NCBI GenBank assembly: GCA_041665885.1
Contig: JBAYHY010000004.1
Coordinates: 1 to 50,343, forward strand
From: Minisyncoccota bacterium
Lineage (GTDB): Bacteria > Patescibacteriota > Minisyncoccia > Phycocordibacterales > UBA9973
Direction of reading: 5' to 3'
Length of the DNA: 50,343 nt
Shown here: positions 1 through 8,779 of the stretch, in pieces
How positions within the stretch are numbered: the stretch's first letter is position 1
Layout: each line of letters starts with the position of its first letter
Notes under the pieces: model-generated
The model's database searches: none
The model's input: only the letters and a program-made list of their open reading frames with translations
What the model was told of the DNA's origin: nothing
Translations under genes and position numbers: made by a program

Positions 1-47
1 ATTTGATCCATCACATTTTCTGTAATATTTTTTAATTCTTTTGGCAT
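1..47 (-). CDS. 5' fragment of gene downstream of ECF sigma (MPKELKNITENVMDQI...), possible anti-sigma/membrane partner; runs off the window
   Basis: ATG at 47 overlapping the sigma stop; open to window edge; typical position of an anti-sigma gene. Confidence 0.5.
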   Translation of the reverse strand, partial: MPKELKNITENVMDQ

Positions 48-574
48 ATGCTTTTCATTATTTTTTTAGCTCTACTAATACGGGTTGCGACTGTCCCCAT
101 CGGGATTCTCAAGATATCACTTATTTCTTCATAAGATTTTTCATCAATATAATACAGGGTGAGGGGCTCTGAATACAATAACGGAATATCTTTTAGACAT
201 TTTTCAACCCTCTCTTTTGTTTCTTTTTCCTCAAAATCTTTTTCAATATCGTCCTCACTTTTAAAATCCCAATCCTCTAAGAGCGGAGTTTCTTTTTGAT
301 GTTTTTTTGCCAGATTTATCGCTTGATTGTGGGCAATGCGATAAATCCAACTGGAAAATTTCTTTTCAATATTAAAACTATTCAAATTAATATAAGCACT
401 TATAAAAGATTCCTGAACAACGTCTACTGCCTTCTCTTCATCCTTAATCAAATTATTTACATAGCGGATGAGTTTTTTCTGATATCTGTCAACGATAACT
501 GCATAGAGATCTCGGTCTGAAGTTCTCGTTTTTTCTATGATTTCTTCGTCTGTTAATATCTCATTTTCAGCCAT
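32..574 (-). CDS. ECF (sigma-70 family) RNA polymerase sigma factor
   Basis: Region 2 (AVDVVQESFISAY...FSSWIYRIAHN) and region 4 (SYEEISDILRIPMGTVATRISRAK); start reassigned to ATG 574, 6 nt after TG-G-TACTAT. Confidence 0.92.
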   Translation of the reverse strand: MAENEILTDEEIIEKTRTSDRDLYAVIVDRYQKKLIRYVNNLIKDEEKAVDVVQESFISAYINLNSFNIEKKFSSWIYRIAHNQAINLAKKHQKETPLLEDWDFKSEDDIEKDFEEKETKERVEKCLKDIPLLYSEPLTLYYIDEKSYEEISDILRIPMGTVATRISRAKKIMKSICQKN

Positions 575-658
575 ACTAATATAGTACCAGTTTTTCGGAT
601 AATACATCAAACCCCGATTCACTTCGGGGTAAGACGTACTAACCAAATGCAAAAACTA

Positions 659-1051
659 TTAATTCATGCAATTGCCTCTACCCGCTCCATTGCCGAGTCC
701 TCCCATCATTCCTTGCCCTCGGCCATAGAGTCCGAGTTCTTGTCTGATTTTTTGAGCTCCCGCGATATCTCCACTTTCAGCCAAACGATGGGCCTCGGCA
801 AATTTCGCGAAGTTGTCTTGGTTGACGACTTGGGTAACTCTGCCCCTGTTTTGCATAAGCGCTTTCCATGCGCCGTAATCATTCGTGGCAAAAGCTTTTT
901 CCATGGCTGTCTCACGTTCTGCTGAATAGTTCGGACCCTTTACCGCAGGGTCTCCCCTGTATGCATTTGCATTATTGGCGATAATTCCGAAAACTCCCAA
1001 AACGAGCGCCAGCATTCCCAACCCCGCAATTATCTTTTTTGTTTTATTCAT
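659..1051 (-). CDS. Secreted hypothetical protein with Gly-rich C-terminus
   Basis: Basic N-terminus, hydrophobic signal, ANA-Y cleavage-like site; 130 aa. Confidence 0.75.
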   Translation of the reverse strand: MNKTKKIIAGLGMLALVLGVFGIIANNANAYRGDPAVKGPNYSAERETAMEKAFATNDYGAWKALMQNRGRVTQVVNQDNFAKFAEAHRLAESGDIAGAQKIRQELGLYGRGQGMMGGLGNGAGRGNCMN

Positions 1052-1174
1052 TCTGTTTGTTCATTTAATTTATAATATTAAATCGACCCAGTACTATTAA
1101 TACAATACTGGTGATACTTTTCTTTCATTTTACGTAGCCCGAAGAAACTCTCGCACAGATGGAGTTTTAAAAAC

Positions 1175-2101
1175 CTAGTTCTTTACACCAATTGAATTAA
1201 CGTAGTCTTGAATTCCCGCCACCGTCTGTTCAGCCATTTGCTCGAGTGCCTTGTCCCGACTTGTTTTATCCTGTAATACCTTGTCGTATATGTATTCGTA
1301 TTCAATAAGCATCGACGGTTTCGTCAGAGTGTTGGATGCTCCGAGGGCAATCAAGCTTTGATCTTCAAATAAACTATTGTAATAACCCGGCGCCTCGGGA
1401 GAAAGTTTCTTTTTTAATTCATTGTAAATATATTGAGCGACTTCTCGCGAGGTCGCGGCATTTACATTTTGTTTTTGTGGAATATACATGACGAAACCAT
1501 GTCGCGGTCCGGGCAATTTCACATTTTTTCTGGTGCTATTGTTAAAATGTAAATGAATAATCAAATCAACGTCACTTTCATTCGCCCATTTATTTATTCC
1601 ATAAAGCTCGATAGTGGCCGTAGGACCTACCACGGTGTGTTCTCCCATGTCCGGAACAATCTTCTCCTCCCCGGAGGCGACGAGAAGTTTGTAAGTTGCT
1701 TGACGTTCATTTTTAAAATCCAAAATCGCTTGCTTATTATTAATAAAATAATCAGCAAATATTGGATTCCAGACCTGTTTATCTCTAGCCACAATGATTT
1801 TATATTTTGGGTCCCCGCCCAAAAGAGCTGAAATATCGTCAGCCACTTCTACCACTAAATCTCTTTCATAGACACCCTTAAAACTCGCCCCGCCGGTATC
1901 CGTATTGTGGCCAGGGACCAGGAGAATCGTAAGTGGATTTGTGGCGGATGGAATGGCGACGGCGGGTTGGACAATACCAGATTCTGCTTGCTTTTCAACA
2001 GTATTTTTTTGGATCAAAAAATAAAATAAAAAAATGACAACTCCTGTTATCAATAGATATATAAAATATTTTCCGACCAACGCCTTTTTTAATTTAATCA
2101 C
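1175..2101 (-). CDS. N-acetylmuramoyl-L-alanine amidase (Amidase_3) with N-terminal membrane anchor
   Basis: VPGH, ERDL, HLHFN and LIEY motifs supply Zn ligands and catalytic Glu; N-terminal TM; GTG start. Confidence 0.85.
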   Translation of the reverse strand: MIKLKKALVGKYFIYLLITGVVIFLFYFLIQKNTVEKQAESGIVQPAVAIPSATNPLTILLVPGHNTDTGGASFKGVYERDLVVEVADDISALLGGDPKYKIIVARDKQVWNPIFADYFINNKQAILDFKNERQATYKLLVASGEEKIVPDMGEHTVVGPTATIELYGINKWANESDVDLIIHLHFNNSTRKNVKLPGPRHGFVMYIPQKQNVNAATSREVAQYIYNELKKKLSPEAPGYYNSLFEDQSLIALGASNTLTKPSMLIEYEYIYDKVLQDKTSRDKALEQMAEQTVAGIQDYVNSIGVKN

Positions 2102-2149
2102 GAATTTATTATAGCAAATGTTGTTAAAAATACTTCCAGTTTAGTGTCA

Positions 2150-2200
2150 AAATAAAAAGCGCCGTACCCGATGGCCGTGCGCCAAATTTCTCCCTTAGGA
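2150..2200 (-). terminator. Probable intrinsic terminator of the GC-rich orphan
   Basis: GC-rich imperfect stem followed by TTTTTATTTT on the minus strand. Confidence 0.5.
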
Positions 2201-2202
2201 GA

Positions 2203-2538
2203 TCAGTGTCCTGTTTCGGGGTTAACGGTGTCCCAACTTCCGTGATACGCGTCCCCGTCTATGTCATTAGCACCGTTGGGGTCGTAGGTTGACTCCTCGT
2301 GTAAGGCCTGCGACTCGAGCTCTTTCGGAGTGGGGTCCGGGTCACGCCACCCGTTTTGCTTGTCGTGTTCTTCCCGATGGCGCGCCTGTGCCTGACACCA
2401 GGTACATGTGTCGAAATGTGCATTGATAGCAGCCATGTTGTAGGGGTACATTGGCGCCACAGCATCCTTGTCTTTTCTGGTACAGAGCAATACGGTATTG
2501 ATCCTCAGTCGTCTTTCATAACCCTTAAAAGTTTGCAT
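2203..2538 (-). CDS. GC-rich orphan protein, 111 aa (CxxC motif HFDTCTWCQ, acidic C-terminus)
   Basis: AAAGGAGGTG Shine-Dalgarno before ATG; downstream hairpin plus U-tract. Confidence 0.65.
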   Translation of the reverse strand: MQTFKGYERRLRINTVLLCTRKDKDAVAPMYPYNMAAINAHFDTCTWCQAQARHREEHDKQNGWRDPDPTPKELESQALHEESTYDPNGANDIDGDAYHGSWDTVNPETGH

Positions 2539-2648
2539 ATCACACCTCCTTTTTTAAAAGCGCCAAAACGACGCGACGAGTCCACCAAAAGAATAACACA
2601 GATTTTTAATCCGACAAACTGGGGGTCTGACTCGCTCGAAAACCGTGA

Positions 2649-2858
2649 TTAAGATTTATCGTTTAAATACTTGCTGGCGACGCTCAGGGCGAATGAAGGC
2701 AGGATAATAAAAACAGTCGCAAACAAAAGCCTAATCAATATTTCACTTATCCTCGAATCTGGCGTATCCGGCCCGGAAGCGGTTATAACAATTAAAATAC
2801 CAATAATCCCGAAAACGATGGACGCATAAATGAAAACCTTCGCTGCTATTTTTTGCAT
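2649..2858 (-). CDS. Small two-TM membrane protein
   Basis: Two hydrophobic helices; TGCTATAAT 6 nt before ATG. Confidence 0.7.
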   Translation of the reverse strand: MQKIAAKVFIYASIVFGIIGILIVITASGPDTPDSRISEILIRLLFATVFIILPSFALSVASKYLNDKS

Positions 2859-2930
2859 GGTTTTATTATAGCAAATTTACATGTTGAGTGCCTGGTACGA
2901 CGTGTGAGCCTTTTTAATGAAAAATAAAGA

Positions 2931-3389
2931 TTAAATTAGAGTTTTTAACTCAGACAGTGTCTCTATGATGAAAGTCGGCGTGCCCGTTTCCATATTGGGT
3001 AATTCATTAGCAAAGGGTCCGCTTTTGAGCCAAGCTGTTGGATGATCGTTTATATTGCCGTATTTAATACTTTTTACTATCCTGTCATCAACAAATAATA
3101 TTTCTCCCTTTTTTAGATTTAATTTTTTAATTAATTTTTCCAAGATGCTGTCTTTTTCTTTTTCACCGGAAACTTCAAACATATCAATATATTTGCCCAA
3201 CGGTAAAGCTTTTATCTGGTTTTCTCTTTCTTCTATCGTAGTATTAGCCCTTACCAAGGAGGCGACACATATTTTATAACCTTTTTGTTTGCAATACGAC
3301 AAAACATCTTCTGCGTCAGAAATTTCTTTTTTGGTGTCAACATCGTATAAAGTCCTTCCCCAATCGAAAATTATTGCCTTGATGTTCAT
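2931..3389 (-). CDS. HAD-superfamily hydrolase
   Basis: IIFDWGRTLYD motif I, LFVDDR motif IV. Confidence 0.8.
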   Translation of the reverse strand: MNIKAIIFDWGRTLYDVDTKKEISDAEDVLSYCKQKGYKICVASLVRANTTIEERENQIKALPLGKYIDMFEVSGEKEKDSILEKLIKKLNLKKGEILFVDDRIVKSIKYGNINDHPTAWLKSGPFANELPNMETGTPTFIIETLSELKTLI

Positions 3390-3448
3390 AAATTTATTAT
3401 AACAAACTTGCGTGCTGACTGTTTGGAGCAGTATCCGAACGGTATTAG

Positions 3449-3892
3449 TTAATCCTTAATGTATCTAACTTCATCCGAAATAACTTTCCCTCTTTTAAAA
3501 TCTTCTCCAAAACCCCTGGGTAAAACTATGATATTGTCACTTGGATTAACCCAAACTATTTCCGTAATCTCATGAGCATGAGAACGGGTCAATTTTTCTA
3601 GATTATGATACTCGTTTCCGTTTGTTACCTCAAAAAAGAATTCCACATAATGTCTACCATCTTCGTGTGCAAATGTGTTAACGTAAAGTAACTTTCCTAT
3701 TTCTGGTTTTACACCAAGCTCTTCAATTATTTCTCTTGATAAACATTCCTTCGGATCCTCTCCCCACTCCAAGTGGCCACCCGGCAGGGCCACAAGATTT
3801 GCTGGATATCCAGGATGTTTTACTGCCAACAATTTTCCATTATCCAAAATGATCCCCCGACATTTTATAAGAACCTTTTTTTCTTTTTCCAT
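3449..3892 (-). CDS. NUDIX hydrolase
   Basis: Nudix box GGHLEWGEDPKECLSREIIEELG; probable start ATG 3892. Confidence 0.9.
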   Translation of the reverse strand: MEKEKKVLIKCRGIILDNGKLLAVKHPGYPANLVALPGGHLEWGEDPKECLSREIIEELGVKPEIGKLLYVNTFAHEDGRHYVEFFFEVTNGNEYHNLEKLTRSHAHEITEIVWVNPSDNIIVLPRGFGEDFKRGKVISDEVRYIKD

Positions 3893-3899
3893 AAATTTA

Positions 3900-4139
3900 T
3901 TATACAAAAAGTTTTAATTTTTTCTCCCTTCTCCAACGCTTAATTTCTGCTTCTCGTCTTCTTGCTTCCTTTAGTGTTGCAAACCCTTCAGAGTACTTCA
4001 GAATTACTGGTCTACGTATTTTTGTATAGTGTGCGCCGTATTTTGAATTATTGTGTTGCTCTAATCTCCTTTGTAAATTATTGGTACAGCCAACATACAA
4101 GCTTTTGTCTGCGCATTCTAGGATATAAGTGGAATACAT
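3900..4139 (-). CDS. Small GIY-YIG nuclease (UPF0213/YazA-like)
   Basis: TYIL...LYVGCTNNLQRRLEQHN...REAEIK; 79 aa. Confidence 0.9.
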   Translation of the reverse strand: MYSTYILECADKSLYVGCTNNLQRRLEQHNNSKYGAHYTKIRRPVILKYSEGFATLKEARRREAEIKRWRREKKLKLFV

Positions 4140-4149
4140 AGAATAATTA

Positions 4150-4246
4150 TACCTCGCCGCACTTCGCTTCGCTCAGTACTCACTCGGTACCTTCCTTCAG
4201 TTATTTTGTCACGGCCGTAGGCCCTGACGACCGAAGGGAGGAAGGG
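4150..4246. repeat. REP-like hairpin-rich spacer between tRNA-Gln and the GIY-YIG gene
   Basis: gccct...agggc stem (4221-4247), GAGCGAAGCGAAG motif on minus strand, GTAC...GTAC short stem. Confidence 0.55.
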
Positions 4247-4317
4247 CTGGGAGACTAGGATTCGAACCTAGATAAATGGATCCAGAATCCATTGTCCTAC
4301 CATTAGACGATCTCCCA
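4247..4317 (-). tRNA. trnQ: tRNA-Gln(CTG), CCA not encoded
   Basis: TGGGAGA/TCTCCCA acceptor, ATGGA-TTCTGGA-TCCAT anticodon arm, GGTTCGAATCC T arm. Confidence 0.95.
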
Positions 4318-4331
4318 AAATTACTTATCAA

Positions 4332-4373
4332 ACCATTAGATCTGCCTGCGCAGGCAGGCGATCTCCCAAAATT
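4332..4373 (-). repeat. Duplicated 5' end of tRNA-Gln (24 nt) interrupted by an 18-nt palindromic insert
   Basis: accattaga + cgatctcccaaaatt match 4299-4322 exactly; insert tctgcctgcgcaggcagg at 4341-4358. Confidence 0.85.
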
Positions 4374-4424
4374 TCTATTTACTTTGATAGATTACTCCAA
4401 AAAACTATGTTTTACAAGAAAATT

Positions 4425-6119
4425 CTATTTTTTCTTATTAATACAAGCTTTAATAAAAGACGTGAAAAGTGGATGTGGGCGAAGCGGGTGCGCTAAAAAT
4501 TCGGGATGAAATTGAGAACCTAAAAAGAATGGGTGTTTGTTTTTCGGCAATTCCGCTACTTCCATCAAATGCCCATCCGGTGAACGTCCAGAAAAGACTA
4601 AACCCTTGGCCTCAAGATCCCCGATAAATGACGGATTCACTTCATAGCGATGACGGTGCCTTTCAATAATTTCCCCGCCTGCTCCCGAACCACCGTGAGG
4701 GCGGGCAGGTTTTTTCCCATAATAAGCATCATAGGCAACCGTACCTTTTCGCAACATGGCCTTGTAGGCTCCCAGGCGCATCGATCCGCCATATAGATTT
4801 TTCTTCAAGAGTTCCTTTTGAGATTCCATCACATCAATGACTAAATACTTTGAATTCGGGTTTACTTCCCTCGTATTTGCGCCCTTCAGGCCCAAAACAT
4901 TTCTGGCATATTCTATCACCATCATCTGCATCCCGTAGCAAAGGCCGAGATATGGGATTTTGTTTTCTCGGGCAAATTTTACCGAGCTCAAAATTCCTTC
5001 CACTCCCCGCGCCCCGAAGCCTCCCGGCACCACGATGCCATCGTATTTTTTTAATTCTTTTAACTTTGCTGGATTTTTTTCAAAATCGGTGGAATTCAAC
5101 CAGGTTAAAATCGGTTTTCTGTTTTGCGCATAGCTGGAATATTTTATCGCCTCGATGACGGATAAATATGAATCGGACAAAATAAAGTCCCCGGTTTCAA
5201 AATATTTTCCTATCATGGCTATCTTCACCACCTCTTTACCGTTGTGCGCATGGTGCGCAAATTTTTTCCAGGCATTCCAGGATGCAATGTCGGGTTTCTT
5301 GCAAACAATTCCCAAAATACTGCAAAGCTTTTCGGACAATTTTTCTTTTTCAAAATTAATCGGTATATCATAAATACTACTGACGTCCGGCGCAGAAACC
5401 ACTCTATCCGCGGGCATATTACAGAAAAGCGAAAGTTTCTCTTTTCTTTTTTCGTCAAGATCATGTTCCCCCCTGGCTATCAAAATATCAGGCTGAATGC
5501 CGGAAGCATTCAAGGTGCGAACTGCATATTGGGTCGGTTTGGTTTTCATTTCTCCGATTTTTCCCGGTGTCGGCAGATAGGAAACCATCACAAAAGCGAC
5601 GTTTTTCGGATTTTCAATCTTCATCATACGGGCTGCCTCCAAAAACAAAATATTTTGATATTCTCCGATGGTTCCACCTATTTCGATAATGACGATATCC
5701 GCCTTGGCCACTTCCCCTGCTTTTTTGATACGTCCGATAACTTCGAGCGGGATATGCGGGACGACTTCCACACACTTACCTTTGTATTCCAAATTCCTTT
5801 CTTTTTCGATAACCGTCTTATATACTCGCCCGGTCGTCATGTAATTTATCCGCGTCAGATTGAGGTCCAAAAATCTTTCATAATTCCCCATGTCTTGATC
5901 CGTTTCATCTCCATCGGAAAGCACAAAAACTTCTCCGTGTTCGGTCGGATTCATCGTCCCGGCATCCACATTGATATATGGATCAACTTTAATCGCGGTT
6001 ACATTCAGTCCGCGATTTTTTAAAATAAGCCCCAAAGATGAAACGGTGACCCCCTTTCCCACCCCAGAAATAACACCCCCCACCACGAAAATATATTTTA
6101 TTTCTTTTTTTTCCGGCAT
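4425..6119 (-). CDS. pyrG: CTP synthase, with a 12-aa in-frame palindromic insert
   Basis: GGVISGVGKG, KVDPYINVDAGTMNP, GGTIG, GGFG, GLCYGMQ, ERHRHRYEVN, QFHPEF. Confidence 0.98.
   Translation of the reverse strand: MPEKKEIKYIFVVGGVISGVGKGVTVSSLGLILKNRGLNVTAIKVDPYINVDAGTMNPTEHGEVFVLSDGDETDQDMGNYERFLDLNLTRINYMTTGRVYKTVIEKERNLEYKGKCVEVVPHIPLEVIGRIKKAGEVAKADIVIIEIGGTIGEYQNILFLEAARMMKIENPKNVAFVMVSYLPTPGKIGEMKTKPTQYAVRTLNASGIQPDILIARGEHDLDEKRKEKLSLFCNMPADRVVSAPDVSSIYDIPINFEKEKLSEKLCSILGIVCKKPDIASWNAWKKFAHHAHNGKEVVKIAMIGKYFETGDFILSDSYLSVIEAIKYSSYAQNRKPILTWLNSTDFEKNPAKLKELKKYDGIVVPGGFGARGVEGILSSVKFARENKIPYLGLCYGMQMMVIEYARNVLGLKGANTREVNPNSKYLVIDVMESQKELLKKNLYGGSMRLGAYKAMLRKGTVAYDAYYGKKPARPHGGSGAGGEIIERHRHRYEVNPSFIGDLEAKGLVFSGRSPDGHLMEVAELPKNKHPFFLGSQFHPEFLAHPLRPHPLFTSFIKACINKKK
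4674..4709. mobile_element. 36-bp palindromic element inserted in frame in pyrG (encodes PARPHGGSGAGG)
   Basis: Arms cccgcctgc...gcgggcagg identical to those at 41210-41248; interrupts the usual YG..IxERHRHRY segment. Confidence 0.75.
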
Positions 6120-6130
6120 TTTTTTGTTTT

Positions 6131-7054
6131 TTACTTATTCAAATATTTTCTGATTGCCAGAAAACTGGAGAGAACTCCCAAAATCACTCCTGATAATAAA
6201 AGAATTATGAAAATCTGCGCAAAGCTGGAAATAAAATAATCATATAAATTTATCCCGAGAAAATCAGTCATTTTACTGCCGAACCAAGCCGTTATCGGAA
6301 AAAAGAGCACCACAGTAATGATCGTAGCAATAGCACCATAGATAGCCCCTTCTACCATAAAAGGACCTCGAACATGCATTTTTGAAGCTCCGACGAGACG
6401 CATAACCCCTATTTCCTCTTTAGAAATAAAAATAGCCAAACGAATAGTATTGAAGGTAACAACCACTGAGATAAACATTAAAATCAGAGTTACCAAGAAA
6501 CCGAGTGTCTGTGCACCAGAAATTATTGTATTCAATTTATCGATTATTAATTTATTTTGGTGATAATTGACCTTATCGATAATGGATGTTTCCCCGGGCG
6601 CGAGAATATTGTCTGACTTCATGAAATTCGCTATGCTCTCATACTGAGATACTTCTTTCGCTTTGACATTCAAATAGGCCCCGAGCGGATTCTCTCCTAT
6701 TTCATCTAGGGCTTGAATCGTCGGATAATCATTCTGGTGACGATCTCGGAAAAGCTGAAGCGCCTCATCTCGGCTAGTATAAGTGACTTGCGCCACTTCC
6801 GGTAATTTCTCCAGAGAAGATTTTAAATCCAAAATCTTGGTCTCGGTCGCCCCAGTAGTAAAATAAATAGTCACGTCTACTTTATCTTTTATCTGATCAA
6901 GAGAAAAATACAAAACGGCCTGCAGGAGAATGATAAGAGTAATGACCGAAAGAGTAATCGTGACGACGAGCACTGCCGCCCAAGAGACCACTCCTCCCCT
7001 TTTGAAATTCAGGAATCCATTTCTCATTATTCTTTTTAACGCAGTCATGGCCAT
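6131..7054 (-). CDS. ftsX: Cell division permease FtsX
   Basis: TM, extracellular domain, three C-terminal TMs, EIGVMRLVGAS motif; follows ftsE; start likely 7054 or 7048. Confidence 0.92.
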   Translation of the reverse strand: MAMTALKRIMRNGFLNFKRGGVVSWAAVLVVTITLSVITLIILLQAVLYFSLDQIKDKVDVTIYFTTGATETKILDLKSSLEKLPEVAQVTYTSRDEALQLFRDRHQNDYPTIQALDEIGENPLGAYLNVKAKEVSQYESIANFMKSDNILAPGETSIIDKVNYHQNKLIIDKLNTIISGAQTLGFLVTLILMFISVVVTFNTIRLAIFISKEEIGVMRLVGASKMHVRGPFMVEGAIYGAIATIITVVLFFPITAWFGSKMTDFLGINLYDYFISSFAQIFIILLLSGVILGVLSSFLAIRKYLNK

Positions 7055-7067
7055 AAAAAATTTTTGC

Positions 7068-7736
7068 TTATTTATTGTGTTTAGTATCTCTAATAATTTT
7101 ACCATTTTCCATGGTAATTACCCTCTTGCCCAGAGAATCAATCACTCCTTTATTATGAGTAGTTAGGATGACCGTCGTACCGAGGTCGTTTATTTTTCTT
7201 AATATTTGGACAATTTCGTGTGTATTCACCGGATCCAAAGTCCCCGTGGGTTCATCGGCGATGATGAGCTCGGGCTGATTTATGATGGCTCGAGCTATCG
7301 CCAGGCGTTGCTGTTCACCTCCGGACATTTGATTCGGAAAATGTCCGACCCGGTGACTTAAATCAACCAACTCTAAAACATGCGGAACATCGCTGGCGAT
7401 TTCTTCTTCTGTCTTGCCGACAGCTTCCATCGCGAAAGCAATATTTTCATAAGCGGTTTTGTTCGAAAGTAATTTGTAATCCTGAAATACAATTCCGATG
7501 CGACGACGAAGCATTGTTAAGTCGTTATTTTTCGCTTTATTCACGTTGATAGACTCAAAAAAAACCGTTCCCTCAGAGGGATTTTCCTCGGCTAAAATCA
7601 TTTTAGTGAGCGTGGTCTTACCCGCACCCGAGTGTCCGACGATAGAAACGAATTCACCCCCTTCGACGGTAAAAGTCACATCTTCGAGGGCGACCGTGTC
7701 TTTGTAAATTTTTGAAACATTGTTGAAATAAATCAT
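7068..7736 (-). CDS. ftsE: Cell division ATP-binding protein FtsE
   Basis: GHSGAGKTT Walker A, IGIVFQDYKLL, MSGGEQQR, IIADEPTG. Confidence 0.95.
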   Translation of the reverse strand: MIYFNNVSKIYKDTVALEDVTFTVEGGEFVSIVGHSGAGKTTLTKMILAEENPSEGTVFFESINVNKAKNNDLTMLRRRIGIVFQDYKLLSNKTAYENIAFAMEAVGKTEEEIASDVPHVLELVDLSHRVGHFPNQMSGGEQQRLAIARAIINQPELIIADEPTGTLDPVNTHEIVQILRKINDLGTTVILTTHNKGVIDSLGKRVITMENGKIIRDTKHNK

Positions 7737-7750
7737 TCTCTTCTATTATA

Positions 7751-7776
7751 TCATGGTTCGGGTTTCCTCACCATGA
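7751..7776. repeat. Intergenic hairpin tcatggt...accatga between prfB and ftsE
   Basis: 7-bp inverted repeat; shares tggttcggg and cctcac with the loop of the pyrG insert. Confidence 0.5.
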
Positions 7777-7801
7777 CCCTGAATTATTTTTTTATGAAGG
7801 G

Positions 7802-8683
7802 TCACAAATCCCGTTCCGCCTCAATGAAAAGGTCCAAGTCCCCATCCAAGACAGCGTCCGGATTCGAAGTTTCGACACCAGTTCGATGGTCTTTAACCAT
7901 TTTATATGGATGTAATACATATGAACGTATCTGACTGCCCCATTCTATTTCCGTATTTTTGGTCGACTTCATGCTCTCTTCGATACTCTTCTTTTCTTCC
8001 TCCGCTTTTTTGAAAATTTTAGCTCGGAGAATGGACAATGCTTGTTCACGATTTTGTTCCTGAGAACGTTCGTTCGAAGCATGCACGGCAATCCCCGTAG
8101 GAATATGCACCAAGCGCACGGCCGTCTCCCTTTTGTTCACATTTTGGCCGCCGGGACCACCGGAACGAGAATATTCTATTTTTAAATCCGCTTCAGGAAT
8201 AACAAAATCCTTTTCTTCCAACTTGGAAAACTTCGGTAAAATTTCCACCAATGAAAAAGAAGTATGTCGTAATTTTTTTGCGTTAAAAGGTGAAATACGC
8301 ACCAGGCGATGCACCCCAGATTCATTTTTCAATTCCCCATAGGCGCCCTTGCCTTTTATTTCAAAAGAAACATTCCGATACCCGCCATGATCATTTTTAT
8401 GTTCGTGGATAAAAGATATGTCCCATCCTTTTTTAGTCGCATATTTCATATACATGGATAGCAACAATGCAGAAAAATCTTCTGCGTCATCTCCTCCGGC
8501 GCCGGAGATGATGGTCAGAATAGCATTTCCTTTGTCATATTTCCCAATACCTTCTTTTTGGTTTTTCAGAGACTCAAGCTCTTTCAACATAGCCTGCGCT
8601 TTATTTTTATCGTTCCAAAAATCAGAAGTCTGCATCAACGTTTCAATCTTGTCTATTTCTATTTGAATACTTTCTTTATCCAT
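7802..8683 (-). CDS. prfB: Peptide chain release factor 2, shortened domain 1, no programmed frameshift
   Basis: SPF tripeptide (VRISPFN), [23 protein letters not shown]; 293 aa in one frame. Confidence 0.95.
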   Translation of the reverse strand: MDKESIQIEIDKIETLMQTSDFWNDKNKAQAMLKELESLKNQKEGIGKYDKGNAILTIISGAGGDDAEDFSALLLSMYMKYATKKGWDISFIHEHKNDHGGYRNVSFEIKGKGAYGELKNESGVHRLVRISPFNAKKLRHTSFSLVEILPKFSKLEEKDFVIPEADLKIEYSRSGGPGGQNVNKRETAVRLVHIPTGIAVHASNERSQEQNREQALSILRAKIFKKAEEEKKSIEESMKSTKNTEIEWGSQIRSYVLHPYKMVKDHRTGVETSNPDAVLDGDLDLFIEAERDL

Positions 8684-8684
8684 G

Positions 8685-8757
8685 AGCCATCCCCGAGGAT
8701 CGAACTCGGGACCCCGTCTTTACGAAAGACGTGCTCTACCAACTGAGCTAGGATGGC
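8685..8757 (-). tRNA. trnT: tRNA-Thr(CGT), CCA not encoded
   Basis: GCCATCC/GGATGGC acceptor, CGTCT-TTCGTAA-AGACG anticodon arm. Confidence 0.95.
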
Positions 8758-8779
8758 AAACCATTCCGATTAATTATTT

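Noticed and set aside
4276-4509. Plus-strand 77-aa ORF with repeated PLDDLPK/PLD...DLPK
   Set aside because: Antisense reading of tRNA-Gln and its duplicated 5' end
8600-8760. Programmed +1 frameshift in prfB with an upstream first ORF
   Set aside because: Upstream sequence is a complete tRNA-Thr; no CTT-TGA slippery site or internal SD
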